A DNA stretch of 64,000 nucleotides, taken from contig CM120645.1 in the NCBI GenBank assembly GCA_051362555.1, positions 9,424,001 to 9,488,000 on the forward strand. The letters are read 5' to 3'. A program made the position numbers and the translations under genes. Positions 49,250 through 64,000 of this stretch are shown here, piece by piece (the stretch's first letter is position 1; every line of letters starts with the position of its first letter). The notes beneath the pieces are model-generated. The model did no database searches, was not told the origin of the DNA, and worked only from the letters and a program-made list of their open reading frames with translations. The stretch comes from Lingula anatina (Eukaryota > Animalia > Brachiopoda).

Positions 49250-52200
49250 ATGTCTTCATCTGGTGACCACTTAGAGACAGTAGAGGAGTTAAGACAAGAG
49301 ATCGAACGCTTACAGAATGAGCTGTCGGAAACTACTCAGGAGAAAGTGCAAGCTGCTGAATACGGATTGGCAGTGTTGGAGGAAAAACAGCTTCTGCAAG
49401 CTCAAGTTGAGGAAGTTGAGAGCTTATACGAAGCAACAAAACACGAACTAGAAACAGTGAGAGGGGTAAGCGATGTGTGAGACTCGTTCTAGATTAAAAT
49501 GATAATGGTTTGTTGTTGAAAATCTGCCGAGGAATCTAGGTGGGTGTTTAAGAAGAATGTTGTAGCTTATGTCCCTTTCAGCTACTGTCTTTAACCTTGG
49601 TGCGTCTCATGTCGGGTAATCAGGACACAATACATATTGGAAGCTACTTGGTGCAATATAAAACTGAACATATGAACACGGAAAAGTCTCTTTCCTAATC
49701 TATCGGACTCCAATCTGAGGACAGGAAAGGCTTAATCTCTAATTAAGATAACATTTAAGTTGAAGAGATGCTTCTTAAAAACAGTGTGATATCCTCTCAT
49801 AAGATAAGGTTAGTGTAGAGGCTGATCTTGGTGTGGATAAAGAGAGTGTGGTATGAGTATGGTATAGGGTATTTAAGTATAAGTTGTTATGATATTCCTG
49901 ATTAGTATACAGGGAATGGGAGATAAAATAGGTTTACTAGTATTATGTTGGTAGATAGATTACACAAGGAAAAAGGTTTGGATTGAGAGTTTATGTCATC
50001 CATAATATGGTGTGAGGTATTGAAAGGTATTTTATATAGGGTTTTGACACCAAATCAAATTTTTCTCGAGCATGAACAAGTCGTCCAGCCGTAAAAAACT
50101 TAAACAGGCCGTTCAGCAAATTGAAGAGGCTGTCCAAGTGACGTCTGAGTGGTTTCCTGGTCATAGATATATATCAGATGTGTGGATATAGATTTAGATA
50201 TGGTTTTAAAGAAGAAATGTGTTGATAATGATGAAGTGTACTGTCAGTCCAGGATTCTGGTGGGATACTTGTAACATTACAATAATTAAAGTACTTGATC
50301 CATGTTGTCTCAGTATATAAATATTTTGATAGCCCGTTTTTGTTGTAATGATGGTGATTATTCTGATATATATCAGTAATAATCCACACAATAATAGTAT
50401 TGTACTGACACCATCGTCTTGGGGGACAAAAAGTGACAACATGGCCATTTAAGCGAGAGATTTTTACAGAAAAAATGTAAGAAAGCAATGCTATCAAAAA
50501 TGCACTTCTTTACAAGTACATGAAAGAGATTTTTTCACTTTGATGCAGTTCCTTTTAACATTTGCCAAGTAGCCATTGCTAGTGTATTTGAGCTGGGAAA
50601 AATGTGCCACAGTCTTTCTTTTAAGCATTATTTTCAGGTCTGCCTTTCCCTGTCCAACTTGGCAACTGTTAAAATGACATTCAGACTCAGTCTACGAAGA
50701 TAACACTGGTCTTGTGCCAAATGCGAGTACAGTTGAGGCCTAGTCTGTTATATTCTGTTAATTTGTTCAGATGCTGGTCTGCTATAGGCCAATGTATAGG
50801 TATAACCTGGTTTGCTGAAAGGGCTGGCAGTCAAAAACAGATCTTGACACAGATTGCAGAATAGTAGTGCAATTTCTGGTGTAACGCTACTGGTAACTGC
50901 CTCTTTGCTGCTTCTCCATCCTCTTTGATCTTTTATTGTAGTTCTGTTTTTTTCACCCTGACCTATGACTTATGCATTAATAGGTAAAGGACCTACTTGT
51001 CCCAACCACAGATATATAAAATGCACACTAGTTTCACTTCATATGAGACACTAGCTGAAACAGTGATGTAATATGTGAATACAGACACAGCTATTGATCC
51101 AGTCCTCTGCCTCCCTGGCAGTGCTGTGAATGGAGACTTTCCGTGCGGGTACCTTGGGCAATTGTCTCTATTGGATTTTAAATGGAAGAGTTTAGTTTAA
51201 GTAGCAAGTGGAAACATTATCCCAGGAAAGCTGTTAATATAAAAGCTAAATTGATAATCTGATATGATTTAGTGGGTGCACCATTGAATGCTGTATTTAT
51301 AAGCACTTAATTCATCTGTCATTACTAGCAAATGCCCATGGCTGCATATAACTGGTATGACAGGCTCCCTGTATTTGCCAAGCATGCTAATTTTAACACA
51401 CATATTTGCTTTATGCTCATTTGCAAATTCACCTCACCCATATCCATGTATCCATGATGTGAGAATTCTTTTTAGATTTGTTAGAACCTTTTCTCGCAGT
51501 GCATCTGAACCAGGGTATCTTATGTAAATTAAACTTTTCCTGTAGGTTGAAGTTAATTTGCCATTTGAAAGTAGCTAGTCCACCTTCATTCTTAACCAAG
51601 TTTTCAATTTTATTCAACCTGCCAACCTGTTGTCTTACTGTCTAAAATAACAATGTCAAGTAGCTGACAAAAGGCAGCCGATACTAGCACTGTTAAGTGG
51701 GTAGTGCACACAGGAAAACCATAAACCATAGATTGTGCCTAATCTGTTTTATCAGATAACCAGATTACAAAGACACCTTATGCATTTTCTCCGTAATCTG
51801 TTAAGTGCATAAGGTGTGTATTTTTACAGATCATCTTCCTCTATCATGTTGTGTGTCACAAACCTTAATATCTTATGGTGCTCTGGGCTTAATGTCAGGG
51901 TTAGAATGGTATGAATTATTTTATAATTGGTAGTATCACCTGAATAAAGGAAAACATTCATTTATTAGGTTTGATAATTTTATGAACCATGTTGTACTGA
52001 AGCTGGGAGACACTAAAGCTCAGAATGTTATGAATTTAGAAAGGTAGTTTTGAGTATATTTTGCAGACAATGAGAATGTCAAACAACAGACTGACTATAG
52101 GGGTAGCATTATGATGAATTATTATGGAGCCTCCAAGCAGACCTGTAATAGTGTGTAGGGTGAGGCATGGTTTAAATAGGTCAGTAAATTTAAAGAGACA

Positions 52201-55200
52201 TATTCACACATGACTCACATTTAAATGCCTTGAACCTTTCTAGGGTCATTATAGCCTGCATATTTCTAGTGGAATATAAATGGTCCATTTGAAATTGAAA
52301 TGTTACTCAAAACCATTTTTTTTCAGACTACTGTTTCTTCTGTTACTCAGAATTTTATGTGTCATGAAACTGAGCAGTCGTTTTGTGTTTTCATTATCCA
52401 AAGATTTTGAATTTTTTTTCATAAAACTGATTTACTTTAATTTTTGGGCCAATATTCAGATATAATTGTGCTGAATTTGCTAGCCGCAGAAGCGTGAATG
52501 TTAAGTGAAAAGCAAGCCAAATTAGCACTTAATGGTATTATTGATCTGTTTTTTAACAATCAGATAAGAAATTGGACCGGGTCGGCATTGCCTTTAGTTT
52601 ACACTTGCTCCTGTATGTCATTAATAAGTAATGAAGACTTTCGTAGGGCTCCCTGTTTTCTTTATTTCAGTCAATTAAACATTATAAAGAATCAGTTTAC
52701 AATGCTGTGGGCATATTCACTTCTCTATTGGTGTGAGAGGAGCTAATTTTGTTATATGTAAGGTGGCTAGTGTAGTTAGTTAGGGGCAGTTTTGTCCAGT
52801 GTTGGGAATATTTTCAGGTATTGAAAGGGTTTGGACAATTCACAGAACAGATCTAATAGATTATTTTATTATATTTTTCCAGCTGAGTTAAGAAAAAATA
52901 CAATTACCCCTGGTCACCAAAGTGCAAAAAAATTGGAGTTTTTTTTTTCAATATCTGGTATCTGTTTTGGATTTTAGGTTCAGAAGTGTGCGATTTGTAT
53001 AGGGATCTCTTTATCATAATTCTGTTAATACATCTTTTAGACCAGCTTCCATGTTCAGCATGGAGCAAGTCATAAGTGTTCAATGATCCCAATATGGCAT
53101 ACAAATACTTAATATATAATATGTAATACATAATATTATATATACAGTAATTTAAAGTATGACATACTTCACTGTATGATAAAACTCAATGATAAAACAA
53201 ATGCCTTACATCAAAATTGAACACAAGTCAATATTGGTAATATTTTATAAATACCTTTTTTTTTCTTTTTTTTTACCTTCTAGACTAGTCTAGTATGTAG
53301 TATTTGTTCTGCACAGCTGTGAGCAGGCCAGGTATTATGTCTGGGGCAGGCTGCTTGTTATATTTAGCTTCACACTACAGTCTAGAGGCTCATTCCCAAT
53401 GTAACTATAGTTCTACCTAGATAGATTCAGCTATGCAGGGAATCTTACTGAATGAAATCAAATTGACAGTTTTTAAACTGTTAAAACATGCCTTCTTTTT
53501 GCATTGAGTAGAATGCAGAGAAGATGTGATTATACAAGTACACTGGAAACAGAAGGTGTGTTAATCTGCTTTTTGTACAGTTGATGCCAGTATGGTCTGT
53601 TGTAGAGTTAGACCCCATTTCCATAGATTTGATTAGATCGATCTATCCCTGTGGGGAGTCTCACTAGATTACTGTCAGCTTAGCCGGCTTAAGCATCTGT
53701 CACACCTACTGAAAGCTGTAAGGGGGTAATTAACTATGGTGCGCGTTCGGCTGACTGCAATTTTTTTAGCGTGAATCCCCAGGGAGTTAGGTCGATCTAA
53801 ATCTTAATCCCTGGATCGATCTAAATCTCTGGGAATACACCCTTAGAGATGTGCATACTAGTAGACTGAGATGGGCATTAGGCTATACACATGCATAGTC
53901 TGCAAAAGATATATATGCATAGTCTGTACTAGACACATGCAGAGTATGCATAAAGCATGTGCCTGGTCTGACCTAATTGCCCAGTTGGCATGAATTTTTC
54001 AGCCAAATAATATTTAGGCAAATGAGGATATTTGATGCAGTGACTTGTATTCCCAAATACTAATAGTTTCATTTTTGTCTTAAGGAAAATTGTACTAAAG
54101 CATATGCTCCCCCTCTGCAATATAAAGACTAAGTATTTAGCTTACTGATAATATATGGTATAGTTTTTAGTGCCAGGTAAAGTAGAAAAAAACTTGGCGT
54201 TGTGACTAATACACATGTCTGTGGCTTTGAAGGTTGGAGATGAATTAAAGCAGAGGAAGCAGTAGGTCTTGCTGAGGGCTGTAGAGTGGCTGATTCACCA
54301 AAAAAAAACTTAGCCCTGCATTATAACCAGCTGTTAGTATGCATTTCTACATCTTGACAGCTCCCAAACTCCCCGTTGTCTTTAACAGTCAGTCTTCTGT
54401 TAATAGGCCTTTAATAGGTGAATGATAAATTATTGTGCAATTTGAATATAAATTAAGTAATTTATAGTGGTGAAAATGATAGTACAAAGCTTTGGAGAGA
54501 TCATTGTGTAGTGTTTTAGATAAAATAATTCTAATCATATACTGTTATACTGAGAGTGTTAGAATTAATGTAGCCAGTCAGTAATAGCATTCGGTCTAGT
54601 TTCTAGTCATCTCTACGTATATAAATATACATTAAATACAGAAAGCATATTATTATGCAGGGACTCTTAGTAAACACCTACTAGTAGCGAATAAAGCACA
54701 TAGTGCTATGGTCACATGACATCTTTAGATATATACCACTACTACTGTAGTCATTGAATGGGATGTGCTATGCACATGGTAGACTTGGGGCCTATAGCCT
54801 CGTTCATTCTCAGAATTCAACATTCTTCCAATGGCTTGGAGGTGTGTTGTAGACCGTATCATATCATAGGAGTTGATCTCATAGGAATGTTACTCATCAG
54901 TTTTCTCAGTGTGCTGGCACTAGATGATGGCCATCTAACACAGAGATTGTGTATCATACTATGGGTAGAATTTTTATATTATATGAATGTCCCCCGCCCC
55001 CTCTCCCTCTCCCTCTCTCTCTTACAACATCAATTTTAATAGTTTTACTACTTGTTACTATTAACATACATGTACTAGATGATATTGAAGGCCAGAAAAA
55101 TGTTGCTGGTTGTGTTTAGTGTAATGAAACATGTCACACCACCTTACAGAAATTTATTTTTGATTATCAAGGTTCCATGGCATTAAAGGTCTATGATTGA

Positions 55201-55245
55201 CACAAAATATAAACATTATTATATTGAAATATACCTATATATATA

Positions 55246-55295
<50 letters not shown>

Positions 55296-58200
55296 CTCGT
55301 GTCCTGGCCTGGTAATAAATTAGAAGGTATTTCAGGTGAAGTGTCTGATAAGACTGCTTCCCCTCAGGTGTAGTGTGGCGTCTAGGTGAAGATGTAGATC
55401 TTAAGGTGTTCTTACCTGTGTAAAGGTATGGGGATGTCATGCTTGGCTTCCTGTCCTGTATGTAATCAGGTGGGAGAATCTAGACACCTCTGTTGGGGCA
55501 GATGGTTGGTTTACATGCAGGGTTATTTCTCTGTGTGGTGGAGAGGTGAAATGCTGCATGCGTGAGTGAAATATGGAATGTCACTCCCCCCCCCCCCCCC
55601 ACCACCACCTTATGCCCTTTTCTGTAAAACTTAAAAGGAATGTGTCGCTTGTTATCCTTCTCCTCCTTCTTTCTCTCTCTCTCTCTCTTTTTTTCTCTCT
55701 CTCTTTCTCTCAAAAAAGAAATGAAAAAAGAAAAGAAAATTAGTCTTTTCTTTAGCAATCGCTATGCTATTAACTGTTTTTATTATTATTATTGCGTTAT
55801 ATAATCTTCTGCTGTCTACTTCAGAAACTTGACCAACTTCAAGTGTCCCAGAAGAAGCAGAGTCAGGTTGGAGTGAGACATGAGGAAAGTCTTCTACACG
55901 AGACGGTCACCAGGGAGGAAGAACTACAGGCTTACATACGGGAGCTGGAACTGGACTGCAAGGCAGCCAAACAGGCTTTTGAAAGGTAGGGTGGGTGGGG
56001 GTTGCTTCTTGGTGAAGCTCATTATTTTTAAAATGAAAAAAAAGGAGAAAAAGAAGTTTGTTGTCCAATGATGTCCAGTTCCAGATTTAACCAGACCTTT
56101 TAACCTGAAAGATGGGGCAAATTTTATAAATAGAGATCAGTAGTTTGTAATGCTGTTCACTTTTTGATACTGAGCAAATATGAAATTATAACCAGTCTTT
56201 TAATCTGTAACTGCTACTAATAAGACTTGTAAACTTTTTTCAACCAGGCTAAAGACAGAGAATGAGCGCCTCCAGGCCTTGTCTAATGAACTATCCCAGC
56301 AGGGAGAGTCAACACAGAGCCAGTGTGCACAGCTGCGGAAAGAGAACAAGGAACTGAAACATCGAGAAAATCGCAATCTCACAGATTATGCAGAGCTGGA
56401 AGAAGAGAATGTTTCGTTGCAGAAACAGGTTCTTCAGCTTAAGCAGGCACAGGTGGATTACGAAGGCATGAAACACGAGCGCAAACGTCTCCAGGAGGAC
56501 GTGGAGTACCTTACTGCTCAGGTGGAAGAAATGGCACACCTGAAAAATATTGTGGAGAAAAATCTAGAAGAGGCCCTCGCTGCAGTTCAGCTTGAGCGTG
56601 AACAGAGGCACTCTCTGAAAAAAGAACTCGATCAGCGCATTGAAAATGAAAGGTTAAAACTGATGCAGAGTAGTTACAATGCCCAATTCAGTGGGCTGGA
56701 TTTTAATGATGGTTTCAAACTCGGTGGACACGACGAAAACAACCACGAGTTTGAGATCGATCACAACAGTGATCAGCCAGCCCTGAAAAGGATCGAGGCA
56801 GACTTTTTAGTGTCGACACCAAAAATTGCCCCTGTTACGCCAGTCCAGGGGGACTTGTTCAGCGAGATCCACCTCACGGAGGTGAGAAAGCTGGAGGAGA
56901 CCCTAGAACAGACTGAACTGGAAAAATCAGAGATTTCACGGAATTTCGAAGAATCTCAATCACAGCTGGAGGAGCTGAAGAAGGAATTGGAACTTCAAAA
57001 GGAGAAGGTTCAGTCCCTTCAGGCCCACATTAATGCAGTGTCCACTGTCCAAGATGCCAAGTCCCTGGTGGCTGAACTGGACGACATGGCAATTGTCGAC
57101 GGGGACGAAAACATAGAGGGTATGACAGAAAGTGAGAAAGAAATTCACAAGCTCAGAAAAGCACTTCGTAAACAGGAACTCCAATACTCCACTGCTGTGC
57201 AGCAAATAAATGAACTTCAGGCAGCCATGACTGGCGTCAAAGCTGCCGATTCTGGCGATGACCACAAGGATGCAATGTCAAAGCTCCAGTCTAAGCTAAG
57301 GGAGTATGAAGACACCATGCAAAATCTCCGAACTGACCTCAGTGCTGCAACAGGTGTTCTGGGTAATACTCAAGAGGAGCTGATTCGTGTGGTGGAGGAA
57401 CTGGCACAGCTGTATCACCACGTGTGCGAAGTGAATGGTCAGACGCCGAGCAGGATAATGTTGGAGCACATCAAGGGAATGAGCAGTTTCACTCGCAGGG
57501 ACAGCAGCAAGGATCTGGAGGAAAGCGGCAAAGAGGGTTCTCCTGCTGATACTTCTGAGAATGCAGACAACAAAGGTTGGATGTTCAGATACCTTGATAT
57601 TATTTTAACCTGGAAAGATGGTAGATGAAAAGAACAAAAGGTCCTTGGTTTTGAAAATTCATTGTATTTTAGTGAAAAATATGTATGATTTTGATTTTTC
57701 CTTTTCCACATTCAGAGCTGTGCTCAGTCTTCCTTTTTTTCTGACACTTGAAACTTTTTTGGGAGTTCATTGTAAGTGGAGTGGAAGTTAAGAGAGTAGA
57801 CTGATTCTGTAAGATTCTATTTTCTCAAGAACACGACTGAATTTTTGTCTTCCCCTTACAGGTGACTCCCAGCAGCCAGAGAAAAAGGAAGAAGAGTCTT
57901 CTTCCAGCAGTTCTGCTCCATCAGGAGACCCCATGGCATGCTGCAAGCTGACAGAAACTCTGCAAGACCAGGTAAAGCACCTGAGTCGTGCTGTCAAACG
58001 CACAATAGAGGCAGCACAGAAGAACAAAGATGGCGATAACATGACGTCTGACGTCGAAGAGCTCCAGGACCAGATTGTGAAGCTCAAAGCCATGTTGTCC
58101 ACCAAAAGGGAACAGATTGCTACACTGCGCAGCGTCCTCAAGGCCAACAAGAACACCGCAGAAATCGCCCTCCAGAATCTCAAGTCCAAGTACGAGAACG

Positions 58201-58577
58201 AGAAGTCCATAGTGACCGACACCATGATGAAGCTGAGGAATGAACTGAAGGCATTGAAGGAGGATGCTGCCACGTTTTCATCCCTGCGCGCCATGTTTGC
58301 TCAGCGTTGTGATGAGTACGTCACACAGCTAGACGAGATGCAACGCCAACTGTCCGCAGCCGAAGAGGAGAAAAAGACCCTAAACTCCCTCCTGAGAATG
58401 GCAATACAGCAGAAGTTGGCTCTGACTCAGAGACTGGAGGACCTGGAGTTTGACCGCGAGCGTCGCAACGTGCGCAGCCGCCAGGGAGGGCGAGGAAAAC
58501 CCAGCGGCAGAGTAAGTCACAACAGTCACTCTCCTTACGATGACCGCCATGCACGTTATCCCAAAAGGGACTACTAA
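49250..58577 (+). CDS. BICD: Protein bicaudal D (dynein adaptor), 4 coding exons in the read-through isoform
   Basis: Exons 49250-49465, 55825-55985, 56248-57575 and 57862-58577. Motifs [112 protein letters not shown]. Confidence 0.97.
53611..53842. mobile_element. Second copy of the TTA-TSD MITE, in BICD intron 1
   Basis: TTA at 53608-53610 and 53843-53845; the internal sequence matches 9288-9502. Confidence 0.85.
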
Positions 58578-60410
58578 CCCCCCTCTACTGTAGGTCCACA
58601 GTGATGGTGGTTGGTTAACGATGAACTGACTTATAACCCATGCCCAGTGTCCAGCCGTGGTCAGTCTCCTGCCACTGACCGGAACAGTAGTTGATTGTTG
58701 GCTCTCAGTTGAGGTGCCCATAACACATTTCGAGAGTTTGGTCTCAGTTAGGTTTTTCTTTTTCTCATGCATTCGCTTGCCGTAAATATAAGATACGCCA
58801 GTTTTGCCGGTGGCTAATGAGGAGACCAGACTCTTTTATATTTCGGTTGGTGGCACCCGTCTCTGATTGAGCCAGAGAAGAGAAAGGCTGGAGTGGTGGC
58901 GAGATGCTCTTAAACCTGAGGAGATAAGAAAGCAAGGCATATTAGTTTTTGTAAGTCATTGTTACATCAATGTGTAAGCCGAGAATATCACTACCATAGT
59001 AGTCATTAACTAAACGCTTATAACTAATATGTGAATGAATGTTTTCACTTTGTAAATACAGACCGGTTATTTAATTTGTGAAATATTTTGATTTAGACTT
59101 GCCTTGCCTTCTTTTCTCTTCATAAAAATGAGCTAAAAACAACTAACAGTCCAGACCATTGGGACATTTACAAGGCTTGGGACGACCATGGTCAAGCAGT
59201 AAGCATCGTTTTGGTGGTCAAGATGACCATGGTTGTGTCCTTGGAGCCCATAACTGAAGTTTGCCTCAGCAAACCAGAATTTCACAAAGGTTTAATTGGA
59301 GGGCTAGAAATGCACTTTGATACAAGTATTAGCCTGGGCTATTACTTTGTGAGCACAGCCATCTAATTTGGCTGTAAATGATTGCAAAGCATGGTTTCTA
59401 GTCTAAAAGTTTCACTGGAGGGAGAGAAAAAAAAGTAAAATTTGTTATGTATATCATCCTGTACAAGTGAATTCTATCTGGAAAAGTAACATATTGCAAG
59501 AAATTTTAAAATTGATGGTGAAAGTGTTAGCACTCTTCACTATTGCCTTTGTTGTTTATGATGCCCAGAATAAGGCAAATAACATCACTGCATGAATAAT
59601 TGGAATTATTTATCAAAAAGATAACTTATTAATTTTAGAAAAGAGCTATTAGTGATAACAATTAACAATGATGTTTTTGTTAAGTTTAAACTCTGGTTAT
59701 CAGTGTTTAGAAAGGAGGTGGTGGCTTAACATGAATTGTATACAATTTCCATTTATGTAATTTCCCTTCCAGTATTTATTGTCATAGTTATAACTAATAT
59801 ACTGTATTCTCTTTTAGTATTATCGCTACTCATACTACTAGGTAGGGTCATTGTATAATATTAAGTTATGCATGCTGATGACGGCAGGGCTGCACCCCGG
59901 GGCTCAGGTCAACACACACAGAGATATCCCTTTATGCATTCGTAGGGAATGATTCCTGGCAAAATGATCTGAACCTTGGGGCGATGCCTGCCGAATAATG
60001 TGACTGTACTATTACATTTCAGTTACATTGTGTGACAATCTGGATTCTGTTCTTATATTGATTTGGTTACAAGGTTGGAGACTTGTATTTTTGTTTTTAC
60101 TTACTGTTAATATTGAAGATGTGAACTGTCATCTTACTTAACCTGCCAGTCTAACTGCAAAGGAACTGTTCTTCCCTATAGCACTGTCAGTTAATATTCC
60201 ATATAAGATTTACAGGCACTCCTATAGTATGTAACTTTATATTATAACATTGTAGACACTGTAAATGACACATTGTTTTACAATGTTTCACGATTTTGAT
60301 AAACTTTTTTTTAAAAAAAGAAAAATTCTCTCCTTGGTGGTGGGCTGTTGGATTGAAGGTTTTTTTTTATCACAAATTCACGTGCCGTTTTTGTTTTTCT
60401 TCTTTCTCAG

Positions 60411-60452
60411 CGAAATCGCCGTGAGCGTGATCATCGTGATCAGTGGCACTAA
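60411..60452 (+). CDS. BICD: Candidate alternative BICD C-terminal exon (RNRRERDHRDQWH*)
   Basis: Strong acceptor TTTTTCTTCTTTCTCAG at 60410. It is phase-0 compatible with the internal donor AGA|GTAAGT at 58511/58512, and is followed by a donor AAG|GTAACC at ~60466. Confidence 0.55.
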   Translation, partial: RNRRERDHRDQWH

Positions 60453-60506
60453 CCACCCAGGGGAAGGTAACCAGTTATATTGAGAGATATAATTTTATCA
60501 TTTTGG

Positions 60507-60640
<134 letters not shown>

Positions 60641-63600
60641 TGGGTGTAATGTTTGATGCTAAGGGATTTCATTTACTTATACTTCGTATGTGTAGCAGTA
60701 TACGCACACCTATAAGATCTTGTTTCTATGGCATGAAAACAATGGAATTTTTTTTCAATTTTTGATCAGTGAATGGACTGTGTATGGACTTGACAGTGTG
60801 TATAGGTTGAGGACGGTTCCTTTGTATTGGTACATTGTCAGGGGTGGCAGGTTTACAAATGGATAAACAGTTATGGCTTTTGGCAAGTTGCTTATAGTTT
60901 TAACTACGTACATTTATGACATGTATATGTTGATTTTGAAAATATGTTCTATGATATGTGCATTTTAAAGTGTTGTGTATAATTACTGTTGAACTGTTTG
61001 TGTTATTATCGATACACAGTGACAATTATTTGTACTTCCTTTTTTACATCAGACAAGTTCAGATTCAGAAGAAGAAGCGCCATCATGAAAGAAAGAAAGA
61101 AGAGAGGATGTTAAGGCTAAGCTTGATTGTGCTTTACATGTCTCAAATGCATGAACTGCTATGAGTTTGTGCAGACGGCAGTGTGAGCATGAAATCTTAC
61201 TGTAGGTGGCACTTGTAGTGCCAAGATGAGACCAAACATGATACAGCTCTGCTCAAAGTACTGATGTGGTATAACTTTTTGGTTGAAATTATATAAAAAT
61301 ACACGAGTAAGAACTTGTACAATGGCTTTAAATGATCATTGAAGTTTTAAAGCGTATTGTGATTATAAGGGTTCGGGTGAGCAGATTCAGGAACAACCCC
61401 AGACAAGAGCAGTGCTGTAGACATTGTAAATGCAGTGCTGTATGACTGTATTCTACGTAGCTTGATGGCAGCAATGTATGGTGTACACCTTATACCCTGA
61501 AGTTCAGATGCTTTGTGTAGGTGTAGCACGTGTAACTTTATGATAGCAGTGCATGGTGTACACATCACATTGCTCCATGGCAACACTGCATAGTGTGCAC
61601 CTTACACCCTGAAATTCAGAACATTGATAGAGAAATGCCTAAATTAACCTCCAAGACGTCTGATGTTTAGACCACTTTTTAAATTCTGTTAACTGGACAC
61701 AGTTTTGGCATAGAATGAAATGTTATTCTCTCTTGATGTTCTTGAACTGTGGAGCTTTGGGCTTCTCCAGGTACACTTGAAATGAGTTATGTATGTCACT
61801 GAGGAATTCAAAAATTTGTGTATCTGTTATGATAAAAAGATACCAACACAAACAGTCATTGAGATTTAAAAAGACTAATCACTTTGTGTAGAGTTATAAA
61901 TAACACAATGATTTGTTCCACATACGATTGATAAACCAAGTCATGATGTTATATTGCTACTAGTACTAATATATTGTACATTAATGCATCAAGAGATGCT
62001 CTAATAATTTGATATCGGCTTTTTTGTAAATGTGCAATTTTGTAATGGATCTTTTCCTTCCAGCTGTTCTCCTGTTCGTTTATTTAATTAATCTCTGATC
62101 ATTTAGTCTTTCATCTTATCAGCTGAGTGGATGTGTTCTCCCTGAAGTTTAAACACAAGGAACACAAAACGAAGTGCCATGTTACCCTGTGGGCAGAATG
62201 TGTACACAGGAGCAGTCAAATTACACTTACTTTTTTTTCGAAAATTATTTAATGAACGGTCATGTATTATCAGATACTTGTTCTGAAAATGAGGCCAGGT
62301 CAGTAGTTGATATGTATATTTATTGAGACGAAGTGAAGTGAAAGGTTTTATGTATTTAAAGTGAAATTTTCAGTAGTGTCTGGGCAAAGAAATATTATCA
62401 AAAATTTTTGTGGGTGGGTGGGTGGGATTCGACTACTAGTTTTGATTGTCTTTCAGTGTAATTTGGAAGCATCAGCAGAAATGTTTGAGGTTACTTTTAA
62501 AATGACATTCAAATGGGAATTTTAATCACCAGCAAGATTTTAATGTATAATATTAACAAGACAAACTGGTAGAGCTTTTAATATAAATTATTATGTGCAC
62601 ACTTTTAGTTACTTTGTTTTAGATTAGTCAAGGCATTTTACTGTTAGAAACAGTCCACACTTCTGTTACCAACTTGTAGGTTATGAAGCACGAGTTCAAA
62701 ATACAGGTAGTTCTGTTTCTGTAGAGTATGTAGATTTATTTGAGTTTGACAGGTTCCTTCTAAAGCTAAATGCAAAATTTAAGTCCGGTCTCCTAACCTT
62801 GTGTATATGCTCATCAACTGTGCAAGGTCTGGTAAAAGTTGAAGTTAAAAAGATAAAAATCTGTTGAGTCGAAAAGCAGAAGTTGATAAGCATGTATTCA
62901 CAATTTCATTATGGATGCACAAGGTTAGTTCTAGTTAGTTCTGTCTTAAAATACTCATTATTAAAACATAAGTTTCCATCTTTTGTGAACCAGTTTTCAA
63001 TTTTAAACATAGGATGTGGTGGTTTTGTTTGAAACATTTAACTAACTGGATGGATAATCTAACCTAACATGTCTTGATGTAAATGAATGTGATATTTTTT
63101 GCAAATGTGATGACAGTTTGTGGCATTGCACCAAGGTTTGTAATCTCCAGGGATTTGATGTGTAGGTGGATGTGGGCAAACTGTCACTTTGTAATATCTA
63201 GTTGATCAAACCTAGGTAAAAATATTCAGGCACCTTCAATGCACCTTTTATGTACAATGCCGTAAAACAGGTTTTAAAAATTTACAGACGAAGAATTAAG
63301 TTTTTAAGATCAATATTCTCTTATTGTTCAATTTAAATGTTAATTGTGGATTAAATTCACTACCATTTTACCATACGTACGACCCACCATTTACAATAAT
63401 AATAATAATACAAACAGGTGATATTTACTTGGTTACAAGTTATATGTATTTACAATTGTCTGTAATTCATGGAATTGTTACAATGTATCACATAATTGTT
63501 ACAATGTATCATGTATTTGTTACAATATATCTATATGTATATGGTTTGTGTAGAATTGGCCCTGCTAGCACTGCCAGAGCTTTGTTGATAGGCTGTCTTG

Positions 63601-64000
63601 GATTTGAGGTGAAGGCTGTACAATGGGTGGGAATGTCGTCTGCACCAGTCTGAACTCCATATAGAAATAAACTCAAATGTTATACACACATGGTGTTGAT
63701 TTCATGTATAGAATCTTGTTGATTTCCAATAAATTTTGTTTGAAATCGTATTAAATTGAAGTCAAATGATAAATTGAAAAGGATTTGGAAGCCATTTTGA
63801 AAATTTCGCAAATTTAGATAATGAGTGAAAATGCTTATTTGAGATTATGCTTGCAGTCTGATAGAAGTAACTTTGCAATTTAAAATAAAAGGTAGCTTGA
63901 CATATGAACAGTTGTTGCATGTAAAATACAGAGAACTTTGTGGTCTAATAGTAACCTGCACAGCAGGGTTTATTTGTTCCATTTCTAGAAACTGAAAAAA

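Noticed and set aside
56200-58772. Antisense ORFs over BICD (likewise over the peptide, MARCH and transposase exons)
   Set aside because: Shadow ORFs on the opposite strand of real coding exons.
59877-59995. SECIS element or C/D snoRNA (ATGA...GA; TGATGA...CTGA)
   Set aside because: The helix is far longer than a SECIS helix II and BICD has no in-frame UGA to recode. The boxes lack a clear terminal stem. Kept only as a generic stem-loop.

Overview
AT-rich, intron-containing eukaryotic DNA from an invertebrate animal (lophotrochozoan/mollusc-like by gene and repeat style; this is inference). From left to right: the first exon of PRAF3/ARL6IP5 (-), head-to-head with a complete 13-exon UBA3 gene (+) that contains a U12-type intron; a ~14 kb duplicated cluster (8.1-22.3 kb) of an unrecognised family of small secreted prepro-peptides (signal peptide, acidic pro-region, KR site, 75-81 aa mature domain with 6 Cys) with three intact copies and one inverted truncated copy, interrupted by a decayed PIF/Harbinger transposon and several MITEs; a 12-exon FBXO7 gene (-); an orphan 252-aa hydrophobic protein (+); an SLC35A-type nucleotide-sugar transporter (-); two tandem MARCH-type RING-CH E3 ligases (+); and Bicaudal-D (+) with candidate alternative C-terminal exons. 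The best candidate for an undescribed system is the rapidly diversifying 6-Cys secreted peptide cluster. Exon boundaries were read by hand from splice signals and reading-frame continuity; no database search was run.
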